Shown here: positions 1-10,328 of the stretch, piece after piece | Position numbering within the stretch: the stretch's first letter is position 1 | How the letters are laid out: each line of letters starts with the position of its first letter | From: an uncultured bacterium | Lineage (GTDB): Bacteria; Patescibacteriota; Minisyncoccia; Phycocordibacterales; CAIJYI01 | Reading direction: 5' to 3' | NCBI GenBank assembly: GCA_903824855.1 | Contig: CAIJYI010000022.1 | Span: forward strand, 1-58,123 | DNA length: 58,123 bases | The notes under the pieces: generated by a model | The model's input: only the letters and a program-made list of their open reading frames with translations | Told to the model about the DNA's origin: nothing | The model's database searches: none | Translations under genes and position numbers: made by a program

Positions 1-189
1 GCACTCTGGTTGCTTTCCAATATTCCTTTTTGTATCGCTCAAATATCTCGTTTTTTGTTGCCATATTCATATGACAACTACGGTAACCTATTTATGGGAT
101 ATCCGCTGGATGTTCGGTAACATTATTTATGGGTGATAACGCGGGCTTTCTTTTTTAATATTTTCTGGTATACTGTCTGAGTGTTCAAT

Positions 190-273
190 GCGTCGGTGGT
201 AGAGTGGTCTAATACACGAGACTGTAAATCTCGCGGCTTTACGCCTTCGTTGGTTCGAATCCAACCCGGCGCA
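190..273 (+). tRNA. tRNA-Tyr(GTA)
   Basis: Acceptor GCGTCGG/CCGGCGC, anticodon loop CTGTAAA, long variable arm, T-loop TTCGAAT; no encoded CCA. Confidence 0.95.
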
Positions 274-277
274 CAAT

Positions 278-306
278 AAAAAATCGGCCCTTACGGCCGA
301 TTTTTT
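278..306. terminator. Intrinsic terminator after tRNA-Tyr
   Basis: AAAAAATCGGCC...GGCCGATTTTTT inverted repeat with A/T tracts. Confidence 0.8.
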
Positions 307-370
307 GTTGTTCGTTGTCATCACATTCAGATAGCGATATACTTATTATGTATCAACTATTAATGATTTT

Positions 371-754
371 ATGAAAACAAAAACCGTATACCTTATAAGT
401 GTTGTGGTTTTTATATTAGGTGTTCTCATAGGTGCCATTATCGTTTCTGTTTATCGCACCGAAAATAATCTGATTACCGGCGGTCCGATTGCGTGTACTA
501 TGGAAGCAAAAATCTGTCCTGATGGTTCATCTGTCGGAAGATCAGGGCCGAATTGTGAATTCACTCAATGTCCGGAAATTAAGGTTAGTAATACAACAGA
601 TGGTAATAATGGGGGATCAGCGCAGAGCACCTCAACCATTCCCGGAAATCCGGGGGCAACCGCATGCTCTATGGAAGCACTTGCTTGTCCTGATGGTTCC
701 TTTGTAAGTCGTTCCGGCCCAAATTGCGAGTTCTCGGCTTGTCCCAAGAAATAA
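371..754 (+). CDS. Membrane-anchored protein with two 4-Cys repeats (ACxMEAxxCPDGSxVxRSGPNCEFxxCP)
   Basis: N-terminal TM helix; two similar Cys-rich modules separated by a G/S/T/P linker. Confidence 0.85.
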   Translation: MKTKTVYLISVVVFILGVLIGAIIVSVYRTENNLITGGPIACTMEAKICPDGSSVGRSGPNCEFTQCPEIKVSNTTDGNNGGSAQSTSTIPGNPGATACSMEALACPDGSFVSRSGPNCEFSACPKK

Positions 755-772
755 ATAATATTAAATAAAAAT

Positions 773-970
773 ATGGATAATGAAATTTTAGATTTGTTAA
801 AAAAAAATGATGAAAAATTGGAAAAAATATATATCTCCACTGAAAAGACGAGAAAATATTTTCTTTGGACAATGATATTAACGATTGCTCTCGTCGTATT
901 ACCTCTCCTTGGTCTTATTGTTGCAATCCCAAGTTTTCTTTCTAATTACTCATCGGTAACCGGATTGTAA
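773..970 (+). CDS. Small membrane protein
   Basis: 65 aa, charged N-terminus then a hydrophobic helix; 18 nt downstream of the previous gene. Confidence 0.75.
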   Translation: MDNEILDLLKKNDEKLEKIYISTEKTRKYFLWTMILTIALVVLPLLGLIVAIPSFLSNYSSVTGL

Positions 971-1155
971 AATTTTTTCTAGAATTATTTGCAAGGAAAT
1001 ATCAACATTTAATTACGGTTGATATTTTTTTGAATATTGAATTTATGCACAGGTAATTAAATCTTTTTTTCATATCTCGGTGTATAATAGTATTATAAAA
1101 ATAAAATATACCGCGTATCAATTTAGCTCATTTTTATTTTTTTAATAAACTTATC

Positions 1156-3183
1156 ATGCCAAAATCTCTCACCTTAGGGAACGGAAACATGCTCATTTGT
1201 TACGACAAATTTGGGCAAGTCAATGATCTCTATTTTCCTCAGGTTGGACTCGAAAATCATATCGGCAAAGATTCTCTCCACAGAATTGGCGTTTTTGTTG
1301 ATGGAAGAATGAGTTGGATTTCTGATTCGGGATGGCATATTGAATTTACAACACCGTCAAATACTCACATGGCGGTCATATCTGCTAAGAATCAAAATCT
1401 TGGTGTAACATTGACCTTTAATGATGTTGTCTACAACGAACAGAATATTTTCATTCGCCGCGTGACGGTAAAAAACGATTTACCGAGAGTTCTGAACGTA
1501 AAATTATATTTCTGTCAGGAATGGAATATCTATCAATCGGGAAGGCAAGACACGGGATATTATGATCCGGGAAGTAATTCGATTATTCATTATGAAGGAC
1601 GCCGTGTATTTCTGATAAATGGTCGCGTTGATAATCATGGAATAGATGATTACACCACCGGAATTTATCGAATGGAGGGAAAAGACGGAAGCTATATTGA
1701 TGCAGAGGACGGTATCCTTTCAAAGAATTCAATTGAGCACGGATTAACCGATTCCGTTGTAGGATTTCATCTTGAAATTAGTTCCGGGAGTGAAATAATT
1801 GTACATTATTGGGTCGGGGTTGGGAAAACTATTCCTGAAGTTTTTGATTTGAATAATTACGTTTTGGAAAAATCTCCCGAACACTTATTTCGGACGACAA
1901 AAGATTATTGGAGTGCGTGGGTTGATCGAGAAAATTTTAGTTATTACGGTCTCACAGACGATATGGTGAGCATGTTTAAGAAATCACTTTTTATAATGCG
2001 CTCGCACGTTGATTCAGGTGGAGCAGTAATTGCATCGGGCGATTCAGACATGCTTCAATATGGCCGCGATACCTATAGTTACATGTGGCCGAGGGACGGA
2101 GCTTTTGCCATTATGGCACTAGATCGTGCCGGCGATTCGTATGTTGCTCGAAAGTTTTTCACCTTTTGCAATCGTGTAATAACCGACGATGGTTTTTTCA
2201 TGCACAAATATCGTCCCGATGGCTCGCTCGGGAGTTCTTGGCATCCATGGGTAACAAAGTCCGGCGAATTTCAATTGCCGATTCAGGAAGATGAGACGGC
2301 TCTCGTTTTGTTTGCGCTTTGGGAACATTATAATCTCACAAAGGATCTTGAATTTATCGAAGAAATCTATAATTCTTTTATTCAGAAAGCTGCCAATTTC
2401 ATGGTCATCTATCGCGATAAAGAAACGAGATTGCCGAAACGAAGTTATGATCTTTGGGAAGAAAAACTAGGCGTTTCAACTTTCACCTGTGCTACCGTGT
2501 ATGGGGCGCTTCAATCAGCAGCATTCTTCTCGCAGCTTCTCGGAAAACATGATTCAGAGAAAAAATACCATGACGCAGCAAATGAAATAAAAGAAGGGAT
2601 AATGAAGTATCTATTTAATTCTGAAAGGGGTACTTTTCGGAAGCTTTTCAACCACGATAATGGAATTTTCACCTATGATGAAACGTTAGACATTTCTAGT
2701 GTTTATGGGGTTTTTCGTTTCGGAATTCTCCCCGCGAATGACGCTAAACTGAAGAAAGCATTTGGTATTGCCGAAGAGCGTCTTTTCTGTGCTAGATATT
2801 CGGGAGGAATTGCCAGATATGAAGGAGATAATTATTACAGAGCCGGTCACGATACTCCGGGAAATCCATGGTTTGTTTCCACACTCTGGCTAGTTCAATA
2901 TTATATTGCGCTTGCTGAAGATGAAAAAGATTTTGAGCGTGTAAAACCGTGGTTTGATTGGGTAAGTAAGATGGCATTGCCGACAGGGGTCCTTTCTGAA
3001 CAAATCAATCCTTACACAAGAGAGCAAATTTCTGCGGCACCGCTTACGTGGAGTCATTCAGAATATGTTTTAGCAGTAATTGCGTATATGGAAAAACTGG
3101 AACAGCTCGGCGTCATTACATCAAAAAGTCTAATTATGGAGAGAAATAAAGAGGTTGATAACGGGGAAACGCATATTGGCTAA
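1156..3183 (+). CDS. Glycoside hydrolase family 15 (glucoamylase/glucodextranase-like)
   Basis: YSYMWPRDG, YDLWEE, LSEQ and PLTWSH GH15 motifs. Confidence 0.92.
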   Translation: MPKSLTLGNGNMLICYDKFGQVNDLYFPQVGLENHIGKDSLHRIGVFVDGRMSWISDSGWHIEFTTPSNTHMAVISAKNQNLGVTLTFNDVVYNEQNIFIRRVTVKNDLPRVLNVKLYFCQEWNIYQSGRQDTGYYDPGSNSIIHYEGRRVFLINGRVDNHGIDDYTTGIYRMEGKDGSYIDAEDGILSKNSIEHGLTDSVVGFHLEISSGSEIIVHYWVGVGKTIPEVFDLNNYVLEKSPEHLFRTTKDYWSAWVDRENFSYYGLTDDMVSMFKKSLFIMRSHVDSGGAVIASGDSDMLQYGRDTYSYMWPRDGAFAIMALDRAGDSYVARKFFTFCNRVITDDGFFMHKYRPDGSLGSSWHPWVTKSGEFQLPIQEDETALVLFALWEHYNLTKDLEFIEEIYNSFIQKAANFMVIYRDKETRLPKRSYDLWEEKLGVSTFTCATVYGALQSAAFFSQLLGKHDSEKKYHDAANEIKEGIMKYLFNSERGTFRKLFNHDNGIFTYDETLDISSVYGVFRFGILPANDAKLKKAFGIAEERLFCARYSGGIARYEGDNYYRAGHDTPGNPWFVSTLWLVQYYIALAEDEKDFERVKPWFDWVSKMALPTGVLSEQINPYTREQISAAPLTWSHSEYVLAVIAYMEKLEQLGVITSKSLIMERNKEVDNGETHIG

Positions 3184-3260
3184 TTTTTCACTTTTTTGTC
3201 TTTTTTTGATATGATTGGAAAGCGCCCTGCGAATATTATAAATAGATAACACCGGGAATT

Positions 3261-4592
3261 ATGTCAAATATGATTAAGCTCAACTATAAGGATACGATTC
3301 ATTTGGACGAAAAAGATATTTTGGATGTTTCATCAACGTTGTACGAATATATCGGGACGCTTTCGAAAATTTCGCGAAACGTGGGCTATGAAGATTTAGA
3401 ATCTTTTTTGCAACTTCCTAACGATAAAGAACTCATCGAAAAAAGCCAAAGCATGGCCGCCGGATTAGCGGGCACATCTCTGAAATATGTAATAGTCGTT
3501 GGAATCGGCGGTTCAAATCTCGGAGCTATGGCAGTATACGACGCCTTATATTCAAAATTTGATATCCTTACCTCGCGAAGACCAAAATTGATTTTTTCTG
3601 ATACCACTAATCCGCGAGAAATGGAGGCACTGAAAAAAGTTATTGATGAAAATATCCATGGATCAAAAGAAATCGTTTTGAATATTATTACTAAATCCGG
3701 TACAACAGCAGAAACTGTCGCAAATGGAATGTTCTTGTTTGACATTCTTTCCAATAAATTTGGTGAGAAAGAAGCAATAGAACGAACAGTGATCACTACC
3801 GATGAGGAATCAACTCTCTGGAATATTGCCCGTGAAAAAAATATTCGCGTACTTCCAATCCCGAAAAAAGTTGGTGGTAGATATTCTATTTTTTCTCCCG
3901 TCGGTTTATTTCCACTCCGTTTGGTAGGAGTCAACATTTCAGAATTTATTGCCGGCGCGGTTCAAATGATGAATGCCTCGCTGACACCGAACATTGATGC
4001 AAATCCTGCGCTTAAGCTCGCCACCATTGATTTTCTTCAGCATAAAAAGAAATTAACGATTTACAACAATTTCTTCTTTAATTCAGAATTGGAATCAGTT
4101 GGAAAATGGGGAAGACAACTCGTCGCAGAAAGCCTCGGCAAGAGATTTGATACCGCGGGAAACTCGATTTATGCAGGATTGACGCCGATCGTTTCTATTG
4201 GTTCTACAGATCTTCATTCAATGGTTCAGCTCTATCTCGGCGGGCCTCGAGATAAATTTACCAATTTTATTTATGCGGAAAGTGGCGAGGGTGAACGCGT
4301 GTCGGTTCCAAAATTCTCGATCTTTCAAACGCTCGTTCCTGATGTTGTCGGAAAAGATTATGAAAAAATTCTCTCATCAATTCTTGTCGGAACGATGGAA
4401 GCATATAAAGAAAAAGCCTTTCCTTATATTGAAACAATATTGCCGAGAATAGACGAAAATTCATTGGGTCAATATTTTATGCTTAAAATGATTGAAACGG
4501 TACTTTTAGGAAAACTCTGGAATGTTAATGCCTTTGATCAACCCGAAGTGGAAAGTTATAAGAAAGTCGCGCGCGAGCTAATGAAATCATAA
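3261..4592 (+). CDS. pgi: Glucose-6-phosphate isomerase
   Basis: GIGGSNLG, TKSGTTAET, VGGRYS, QLVAESLGK, AFDQPEVE motifs. Confidence 0.95.
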   Translation: MSNMIKLNYKDTIHLDEKDILDVSSTLYEYIGTLSKISRNVGYEDLESFLQLPNDKELIEKSQSMAAGLAGTSLKYVIVVGIGGSNLGAMAVYDALYSKFDILTSRRPKLIFSDTTNPREMEALKKVIDENIHGSKEIVLNIITKSGTTAETVANGMFLFDILSNKFGEKEAIERTVITTDEESTLWNIAREKNIRVLPIPKKVGGRYSIFSPVGLFPLRLVGVNISEFIAGAVQMMNASLTPNIDANPALKLATIDFLQHKKKLTIYNNFFFNSELESVGKWGRQLVAESLGKRFDTAGNSIYAGLTPIVSIGSTDLHSMVQLYLGGPRDKFTNFIYAESGEGERVSVPKFSIFQTLVPDVVGKDYEKILSSILVGTMEAYKEKAFPYIETILPRIDENSLGQYFMLKMIETVLLGKLWNVNAFDQPEVESYKKVARELMKS

Positions 4593-4609
4593 AGCTATTT
4601 CAATTTTTT

Positions 4610-5428
4610 ATGCATATACTTTTTGACCTTGGAAAAACTAAAATACGAATTGCCGGCTCTCGTGATTTCGAGTCTTTTATTGAACCGAAAATTTTTGAAA
4701 CACCAAAAGATTACGATGCTACTATTGCGCTTATAGCAAAGACTGCGCGGGAAATATCGGGTGATGGAGAAATCGAAATGGTTGTCGGCGGAATCGGCGG
4801 GCCGCTTACAAAAGAAAAAGATGCGCTTCTTCCGGGATATAATTTCCCTGATTGGGGAGGACGTCCTTTTAGGTTAGATCTCGCAAAAGAATTAAACACG
4901 TCGGTTCTTATTGAAAACGATTCAGCTCTCGTCGGTTTAGGAGAAGCTATACATGGAGCAGGTAAGGGCGCGAACATTGTTGCATATGTTACGGTTTCAA
5001 CGGGCCTCGGTGGTGCCCGCATTGTAAATGGAAAAATCGATGCTAATGCTCTCGGATTCGAACCGGGCTGGCAAGTCATATCTGATGACGAGGAATTCCC
5101 TTATGCTTCTGACTTTTTATCGGGAAATTCTATTGAAAAAGAAACGGGCAAAAAACCTTTTGAAACTACTGATTCAATCTTCTGGGACAAGAAGGCTCAC
5201 TACCTCGCGCACTTTTTGAATAATATTATCGTCATGTGGTCGCCGGATGTTGTCGTCGTTGGCGGTTCAATGATGAAAGAAATCGGCATTCCTCTCGTTT
5301 CCACAGAAAAATACCTTCACCATATTTTGAAAATATTTGATGAAATTCCGCCAATTAAGAAAGCCGAACTCCAAGATATTGGCGGACTCTGGGGTGCACT
5401 TGAATATTTAAAATATTCGAAAAAATAA
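4610..5428 (+). CDS. ROK-family sugar kinase (glucokinase-like)
   Basis: DLGKTKIR, IENDS, VSTGLGG, FEPGW ROK motifs; downstream of pgi. Confidence 0.88.
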   Translation: MHILFDLGKTKIRIAGSRDFESFIEPKIFETPKDYDATIALIAKTAREISGDGEIEMVVGGIGGPLTKEKDALLPGYNFPDWGGRPFRLDLAKELNTSVLIENDSALVGLGEAIHGAGKGANIVAYVTVSTGLGGARIVNGKIDANALGFEPGWQVISDDEEFPYASDFLSGNSIEKETGKKPFETTDSIFWDKKAHYLAHFLNNIIVMWSPDVVVVGGSMMKEIGIPLVSTEKYLHHILKIFDEIPPIKKAELQDIGGLWGALEYLKYSKK

Positions 5429-5464
5429 TTTACAAAGGACCATCATTCGGAGATTTAAAAAAAG

Positions 5465-5492
5465 AGTACCGAGGATTTCTCCTCGGTACTTT
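5465..5492. terminator. Bidirectional terminator between convergent genes
   Basis: AGTACCGAGGA-TTTC-TCCTCGGTACT perfect inverted repeat. Confidence 0.8.
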
Positions 5493-5506
5493 GTTACGAT
5501 GTTAGA

Positions 5507-6862
5507 TTATTGTTCTAACTTATAAAAACCTCTATTGAGATCTTTATAAACGGTGACGGTTGGAACATCAATGGTTTTACCATAAGGATATTCGAATCCA
5601 CCGCGCCAGGTCATAGCTTCAGCGATTTCACGAACAGCATATACGATGCCGGCTTCGCGGAATGATTTTAGCTTGTATTGTTCACGTACTTTGTCCAAAT
5701 CGTGGAATGCTTCGCGCATGCGAGATTCCAACCATTCGGCAACACGTTTTGCTGGCCATTTTTGATTTTCTAAGCCTTGGACTTTTTCAGCAGAAGATAC
5801 ACGTACACCACCGCCTGATGCATAGAAGTCAGGAATGACTTCAACGCCACGTGCGGAAAGTATCTCGTCAGCTTCTTCCGTGCAGGGACCATTCGCTAAT
5901 TCAACGATAAATTTTGAAGTAATTTTGCGTGCCATTTCGGCATCAATTTTGTCTTCAAACGCTGCAGGAGCGAAGATGTCAGCCTTCAATGAAAGCAATT
6001 CGGCTTCTTCTGAGGTCAAATTATCTTTGTGAGGATAATCTGAAACCTTGCGAACTTTTGTGCCTTTTGTGTCATAGCAGAAAGCGTGCAAGTCAGCATA
6101 TTCAAAGCCGGCTTTTTTGTAAATGACACCACTACGATCGGAAACGGAAACAATTTTGTGTCCGCGTTCGCTCATTAATTTCGCATAGAAGTCGCCGGCA
6201 TTACCGAAGCCTTGAATTGCGATAGTTTGTGGTCCTCTCATTTGCAATTTTTTGATCATTTCTTCTGATGCATACACGGCACCAAGTGCGGTTGCATCGC
6301 CACGACCAAGTGATCCGCCAAGAACAAGAGGTTTACCTGTGAATTGCGCAGGAGCATGTTCACCTATCATTCTTTCGTATTCATCAAGGAACCAAGCCAT
6401 TTCTGCACCACCGGTATTAACGTCAGGAGCCGGACCATCAACACGAGGGCCGATGTATGGGGCGATGACACGAATATAACCGCGGCAGAGACGCTCACGT
6501 TCTTTCATTGAAAGTGCGAATTTGTCTACACAAATACCGCCTTTACCACCACCGTGACGAATGTCTACGATAGTATTTTTCATTGACATCATGGCTGCGA
6601 GGAATTTTACTTCACTTTCGCAGACGGCCAAGTCAAAACGGGTACCGCCTTGTGTTGGACCGCGGGCATGATTGTGTTGGCAACGGAAAACCTTAAATGA
6701 TTTGAATGAACCGTCATCCATTTCAATGGTTACTTCACCGCGAACTAAAAGTTCGGGAATTTGAAGCCGTTGATATATCACTGGATCAAGATTAAGAATT
6801 GAAGCTGACTTCTCGAGAAGCGCTAAATATTTGTCATAAGCTGTTCTTTTTGCAGCAGACAT
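5507..6862 (-). CDS. Glu/Leu/Phe/Val dehydrogenase family (GluDH-like)
   Basis: GGGKGG, PAPDVNT, FTGKP, QGFGNAG, ELANGP motifs; GPTQGG instead of GPxKGG. Confidence 0.9.
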   Translation of the reverse strand: MSAAKRTAYDKYLALLEKSASILNLDPVIYQRLQIPELLVRGEVTIEMDDGSFKSFKVFRCQHNHARGPTQGGTRFDLAVCESEVKFLAAMMSMKNTIVDIRHGGGKGGICVDKFALSMKERERLCRGYIRVIAPYIGPRVDGPAPDVNTGGAEMAWFLDEYERMIGEHAPAQFTGKPLVLGGSLGRGDATALGAVYASEEMIKKLQMRGPQTIAIQGFGNAGDFYAKLMSERGHKIVSVSDRSGVIYKKAGFEYADLHAFCYDTKGTKVRKVSDYPHKDNLTSEEAELLSLKADIFAPAAFEDKIDAEMARKITSKFIVELANGPCTEEADEILSARGVEVIPDFYASGGGVRVSSAEKVQGLENQKWPAKRVAEWLESRMREAFHDLDKVREQYKLKSFREAGIVYAVREIAEAMTWRGGFEYPYGKTIDVPTVTVYKDLNRGFYKLEQ

Positions 6863-7056
6863 GATTATCTCCTTGGTTGCATGATTGAAAAAAATCCTTT
6901 TTCAATGTACTAAAACTCCATAATTTGCCTTGTTATTTAGACTTAATTTTTCTTAAAAAATCAATATAACGAGGAACTGCTTTTGGTATACCATATCATT
7001 AATATAAAGTAAAGCCCCCCGCGTGATTGTGGGAGGCTTCTAAAGAATACTCGGTT

Positions 7057-7887
7057 TTAGTGCAATAATCCTGCAATAAAGGGAAGAAGAATTGGCTTCA
7101 AATCAGTCTGTAATGCATAGAGAAGCAGGAGTCCAAAAATAAGTGTTTCGACTGAGATGAAAAACGAAACCATCTTCGGCATAAATTTATTTATAATCGA
7201 AAGAGTGATTTGTTCACCATCAAGGGGGATTCCAAAAAATCTCAAAGGAAGCATCATTGATACTCCGAAGAAATTTATGGAAAATGCTCCGGCAAAAAAT
7301 AATGCTCCCGATAATTCGGAAATTTTCCCGGCGGTATGCACCAAACTTACCGTAGTAACTACCGTTGCATTTTGTGAAAAAAATAAAGAATAAAAAGCAA
7401 AGAGGAAAAGGAATACGGGAATGAGAGGAACAATATATGTATAAAATATTTTTCCTCCAAATTTTAATGCAATGAGAAGAACCGCCACAGTAAGACAGGA
7501 GATTATAAGTAGATGATTATTTGGATAACGAGTCATTCCATTTTCAATCATTACGATAAATCCAGAAATGATAAACAAAAAGTAACCAAAAATAATGCTA
7601 GCGATTGGACCGCTCACAAAGAAACGAGATTTTTCCCAGAAGGGAAGTCTTGTCATACCATCTTCATCGCAGGCGGTGAATGCACCGAAAGGACAAAGAT
7701 AATACAGGACAAAATCCGTTCCTAACCATTTACCTTTCATTGGAAAAGTAATCTTTGGACCAAAAGGAAGACCGAAACCAATTTGTTTTACTGCGACTCC
7801 TGATCGTTTCATTGCAACGGCATGACCGAAACATTCATGCACAAAATAGGCAAGAATGATAAAAATTACACTGATAAATATAGACAT
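7057..7887 (-). CDS. Site-2 protease (M50)-like membrane protein, atypical metal motif
   Basis: HECFGH, IGFGLPFG, SGPIAS, PLDG motifs; multiple TM helices; ATG 7887 preceded by GGAG. Confidence 0.8.
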   Translation of the reverse strand: MSIFISVIFIILAYFVHECFGHAVAMKRSGVAVKQIGFGLPFGPKITFPMKGKWLGTDFVLYYLCPFGAFTACDEDGMTRLPFWEKSRFFVSGPIASIIFGYFLFIISGFIVMIENGMTRYPNNHLLIISCLTVAVLLIALKFGGKIFYTYIVPLIPVFLFLFAFYSLFFSQNATVVTTVSLVHTAGKISELSGALFFAGAFSINFFGVSMMLPLRFFGIPLDGEQITLSIINKFMPKMVSFFISVETLIFGLLLLYALQTDLKPILLPFIAGLLH

Positions 7888-7956
7888 GACCGCTCCATTT
7901 ATTTCAAAAAACAAGGACTATTTGCCGTAATAGTAACATTATGATACAATTTGTCA

Positions 7957-9969
7957 ATGACATCAGGTCTCATTCTTAAATCAAAATATCAACCGGCCGG
8001 CGATCAACCGAAGGCTATTACGTCGCTTGTGTCCGGACTGAAAAAGGGTATGCGCTCGCAGACTCTTCTTGGTGTTACCGGTTCGGGAAAAACTTTTACT
8101 GTTGCTAATGTCATAAATACGATTCAAAAACCAACACTTGTTATTGCTCACAATAAAACTCTTGCTGCTCAGCTTGCTCAGGAATACCAGGAATTCTTCC
8201 CTGATGCCGCCGTACATTATTTTGTTTCCTACTATGACTATTATCAACCGGAAGCATATATGCCGATAACTGATACGTTTATTGAAAAAGATGCCCAGAT
8301 TAATGAAGAGATTGATCGACTTCGCCATGCTTCAACACAATCGCTCTTAACAAGAAAGGACGTGATTATTGTCGCTTCGGTTTCCTGTATTTATGGTTTG
8401 GGAAGCCCTGAAGAATACGAAAAGGAAAATTTGAAGCTTGCGGTCGGCGACAAATTTGAACGAAAGGAATTGCTCACTAGATTGATTGATATACATTATG
8501 AGCGAACAACCGGCGATTTGAATCCGGGGGAATTTCGTAGTATTGGCGGAAGAGTTGAAGTTATGCCGGTTTCAGAGCGTTTAGTTTTTAACATTCAGCT
8601 AGAAGGAAACGTCATTTCCGAAATACTAAAAATTGATCCGATTTCAGGAACCGTTATTTCACAACCAAATAATATTTTTCTTTTTCCTACAAAACATTTT
8701 CTTACTGAAGAAACTAAAACAAAGAAGGCGATTAAGGATATTCGTGCGGAACTGGAAGCTCAGTTAAAAATATTTGAGGCGGAAGGAAAACTTCTAGAAG
8801 CGGAACGTATTAAACGCCGAACGAATTACGACATGGCAATGATTCAAGAAATCGGATATTGTAGCGGTATTGAAAATTACTCGAGACATTTATCAGGAAA
8901 GAAGGAGGGTGAACCGCCGGAAACATTACTTTCCTATTTTCCACACAAAGAAGATGGAACTCCGGACTTTTTGACCATTATCGATGAATCTCATGTAACC
9001 CTATCGCAACTTCAGGGAATGTTTGCGGGTGATGCTTCACGTAAAAAAACATTGGTTGAATATGGATTTCGCTTGCCGAGCGCTAAGGATAACCGACCTC
9101 TAAAATATGACGAATTTAAAGAAAGAATTGGTCAGGTAATTTATACCTCGGCGACTCCAGGGACACAAGAAAGGGAAGAGAGCGAACAGATTGTTGAACA
9201 GGTTATTCGTCCGACAGGACTTATAGATCCGGAAGTAACACTTCGCCCAATTCTTCCTTCTGAAAAATACCCGGGACAAATTCAGGATTTTATCGCAGAA
9301 ACTGTTGAGACAGTCCAAAAAGGCGGTCGCGTTATCGCTACAACACTCACCAAGAAAATGGCGGAGGATTTATCCGTTTATCTGAAAGAAAAAGGAATTA
9401 AATCAGAATATCTCCACAGCGATATAAAAACGATTGACCGTATTAAAATTTTAACGGAATTTCGACGAGGTACCTTCGACTGTTTGGTTGGAGTTAATCT
9501 TTTGCGCGAAGGATTGGATTTGCCGGAAGTCACATTCATTGGGATTTTAGATGCTGATAAAGAAGGTTTTTTGCGTTCCGAAACGTCCTTAATTCAGACA
9601 ATCGGTCGTGCCGCGAGAAATGTTGAAGGGCGCGTCATTTTGTACGCCGATAAAATCACCGGTTCTATTGAACGTGCTGTTAGTGAAACTAATCGACGCC
9701 GGAAAATTCAAGTTGCCTATAATACAAAACACGGAATTACTCCTCAAACAATTATCAAACACATTCATGATATCACCGAGCATCTGGAAAGCGCCCACGA
9801 AAAAGCGGTAAATGCGAACCTACTTATCGACGGTGAAGTATTCGGGAAAGAGAAGGAAAAGCTTCTCAAGGTAAAACGAAGACAAATGGCCGCAGCCGTT
9901 CGTGAACTTGATTTTGAAACTGCCGCAATCCTCCGAGACGAAATTAAGATGATTGAAGGAAGGGAATAA
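7957..9969 (+). CDS. uvrB: Excinuclease ABC subunit B
   Basis: PAGDQP, GVTGSGKT, YYDYYQPEAY, DESH, GRAARN, C-terminal UVR domain. Confidence 0.98.
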   Translation: MTSGLILKSKYQPAGDQPKAITSLVSGLKKGMRSQTLLGVTGSGKTFTVANVINTIQKPTLVIAHNKTLAAQLAQEYQEFFPDAAVHYFVSYYDYYQPEAYMPITDTFIEKDAQINEEIDRLRHASTQSLLTRKDVIIVASVSCIYGLGSPEEYEKENLKLAVGDKFERKELLTRLIDIHYERTTGDLNPGEFRSIGGRVEVMPVSERLVFNIQLEGNVISEILKIDPISGTVISQPNNIFLFPTKHFLTEETKTKKAIKDIRAELEAQLKIFEAEGKLLEAERIKRRTNYDMAMIQEIGYCSGIENYSRHLSGKKEGEPPETLLSYFPHKEDGTPDFLTIIDESHVTLSQLQGMFAGDASRKKTLVEYGFRLPSAKDNRPLKYDEFKERIGQVIYTSATPGTQEREESEQIVEQVIRPTGLIDPEVTLRPILPSEKYPGQIQDFIAETVETVQKGGRVIATTLTKKMAEDLSVYLKEKGIKSEYLHSDIKTIDRIKILTEFRRGTFDCLVGVNLLREGLDLPEVTFIGILDADKEGFLRSETSLIQTIGRAARNVEGRVILYADKITGSIERAVSETNRRRKIQVAYNTKHGITPQTIIKHIHDITEHLESAHEKAVNANLLIDGEVFGKEKEKLLKVKRRQMAAAVRELDFETAAILRDEIKMIEGRE

Positions 9970-10052
9970 AGAAATTGATCTTATTGCGCGAGAACAGAAA
10001 TTAATATAATATATTCTCAGTCATTTATTTCAACATTAATGAGGTGTTCCTT

Positions 10053-10328
10053 ATGAAGGGAAAAATATTACTATTTTGCCTGCTTATACTTTTTTCACTT
10101 TTTGGTTTTGTGTCAGCATCGAATTCGGCTCTAAATTTAAAAGTGGGTGATATTGTTCATTTTACGGCTGAAGCAAGGGCAGAATTTGGCTTAAACGGTT
10201 TTGCAAAAATTCAAAGAATTGAGAGAATCGATGTTTGCAATCCCGAAACAAAAATCTGTGCGTCTCCCGTTCTTGTCGTAGAGCAAGACGAAAATGAACT
10301 TCTCGTAAATTCAGATTGGGTGGAATAA
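10053..10328 (+). CDS. Hypothetical exported protein
   Basis: GAGGTG SD, signal-peptide-like N-terminus, one Cys pair, followed by a hairpin. Confidence 0.65.
   Translation: MKGKILLFCLLILFSLFGFVSASNSALNLKVGDIVHFTAEARAEFGLNGFAKIQRIERIDVCNPETKICASPVLVVEQDENELLVNSDWVE

Noticed and set aside
1..70. Possible 5' end of a minus-strand CDS (MNMAQQKTRY...)
   Set aside because: Only ~23 codons are visible and there is no recognisable motif
127..324. 65-aa ORF on the minus strand
   Set aside because: Antisense to tRNA-Tyr and its terminator
274..370. Inverted tRNA copy plus hairpin after tRNA-Tyr
   Set aside because: Looked for it; only a terminator is present, with no GCAG/CTGC 9-bp hairpin, so the element is not universal
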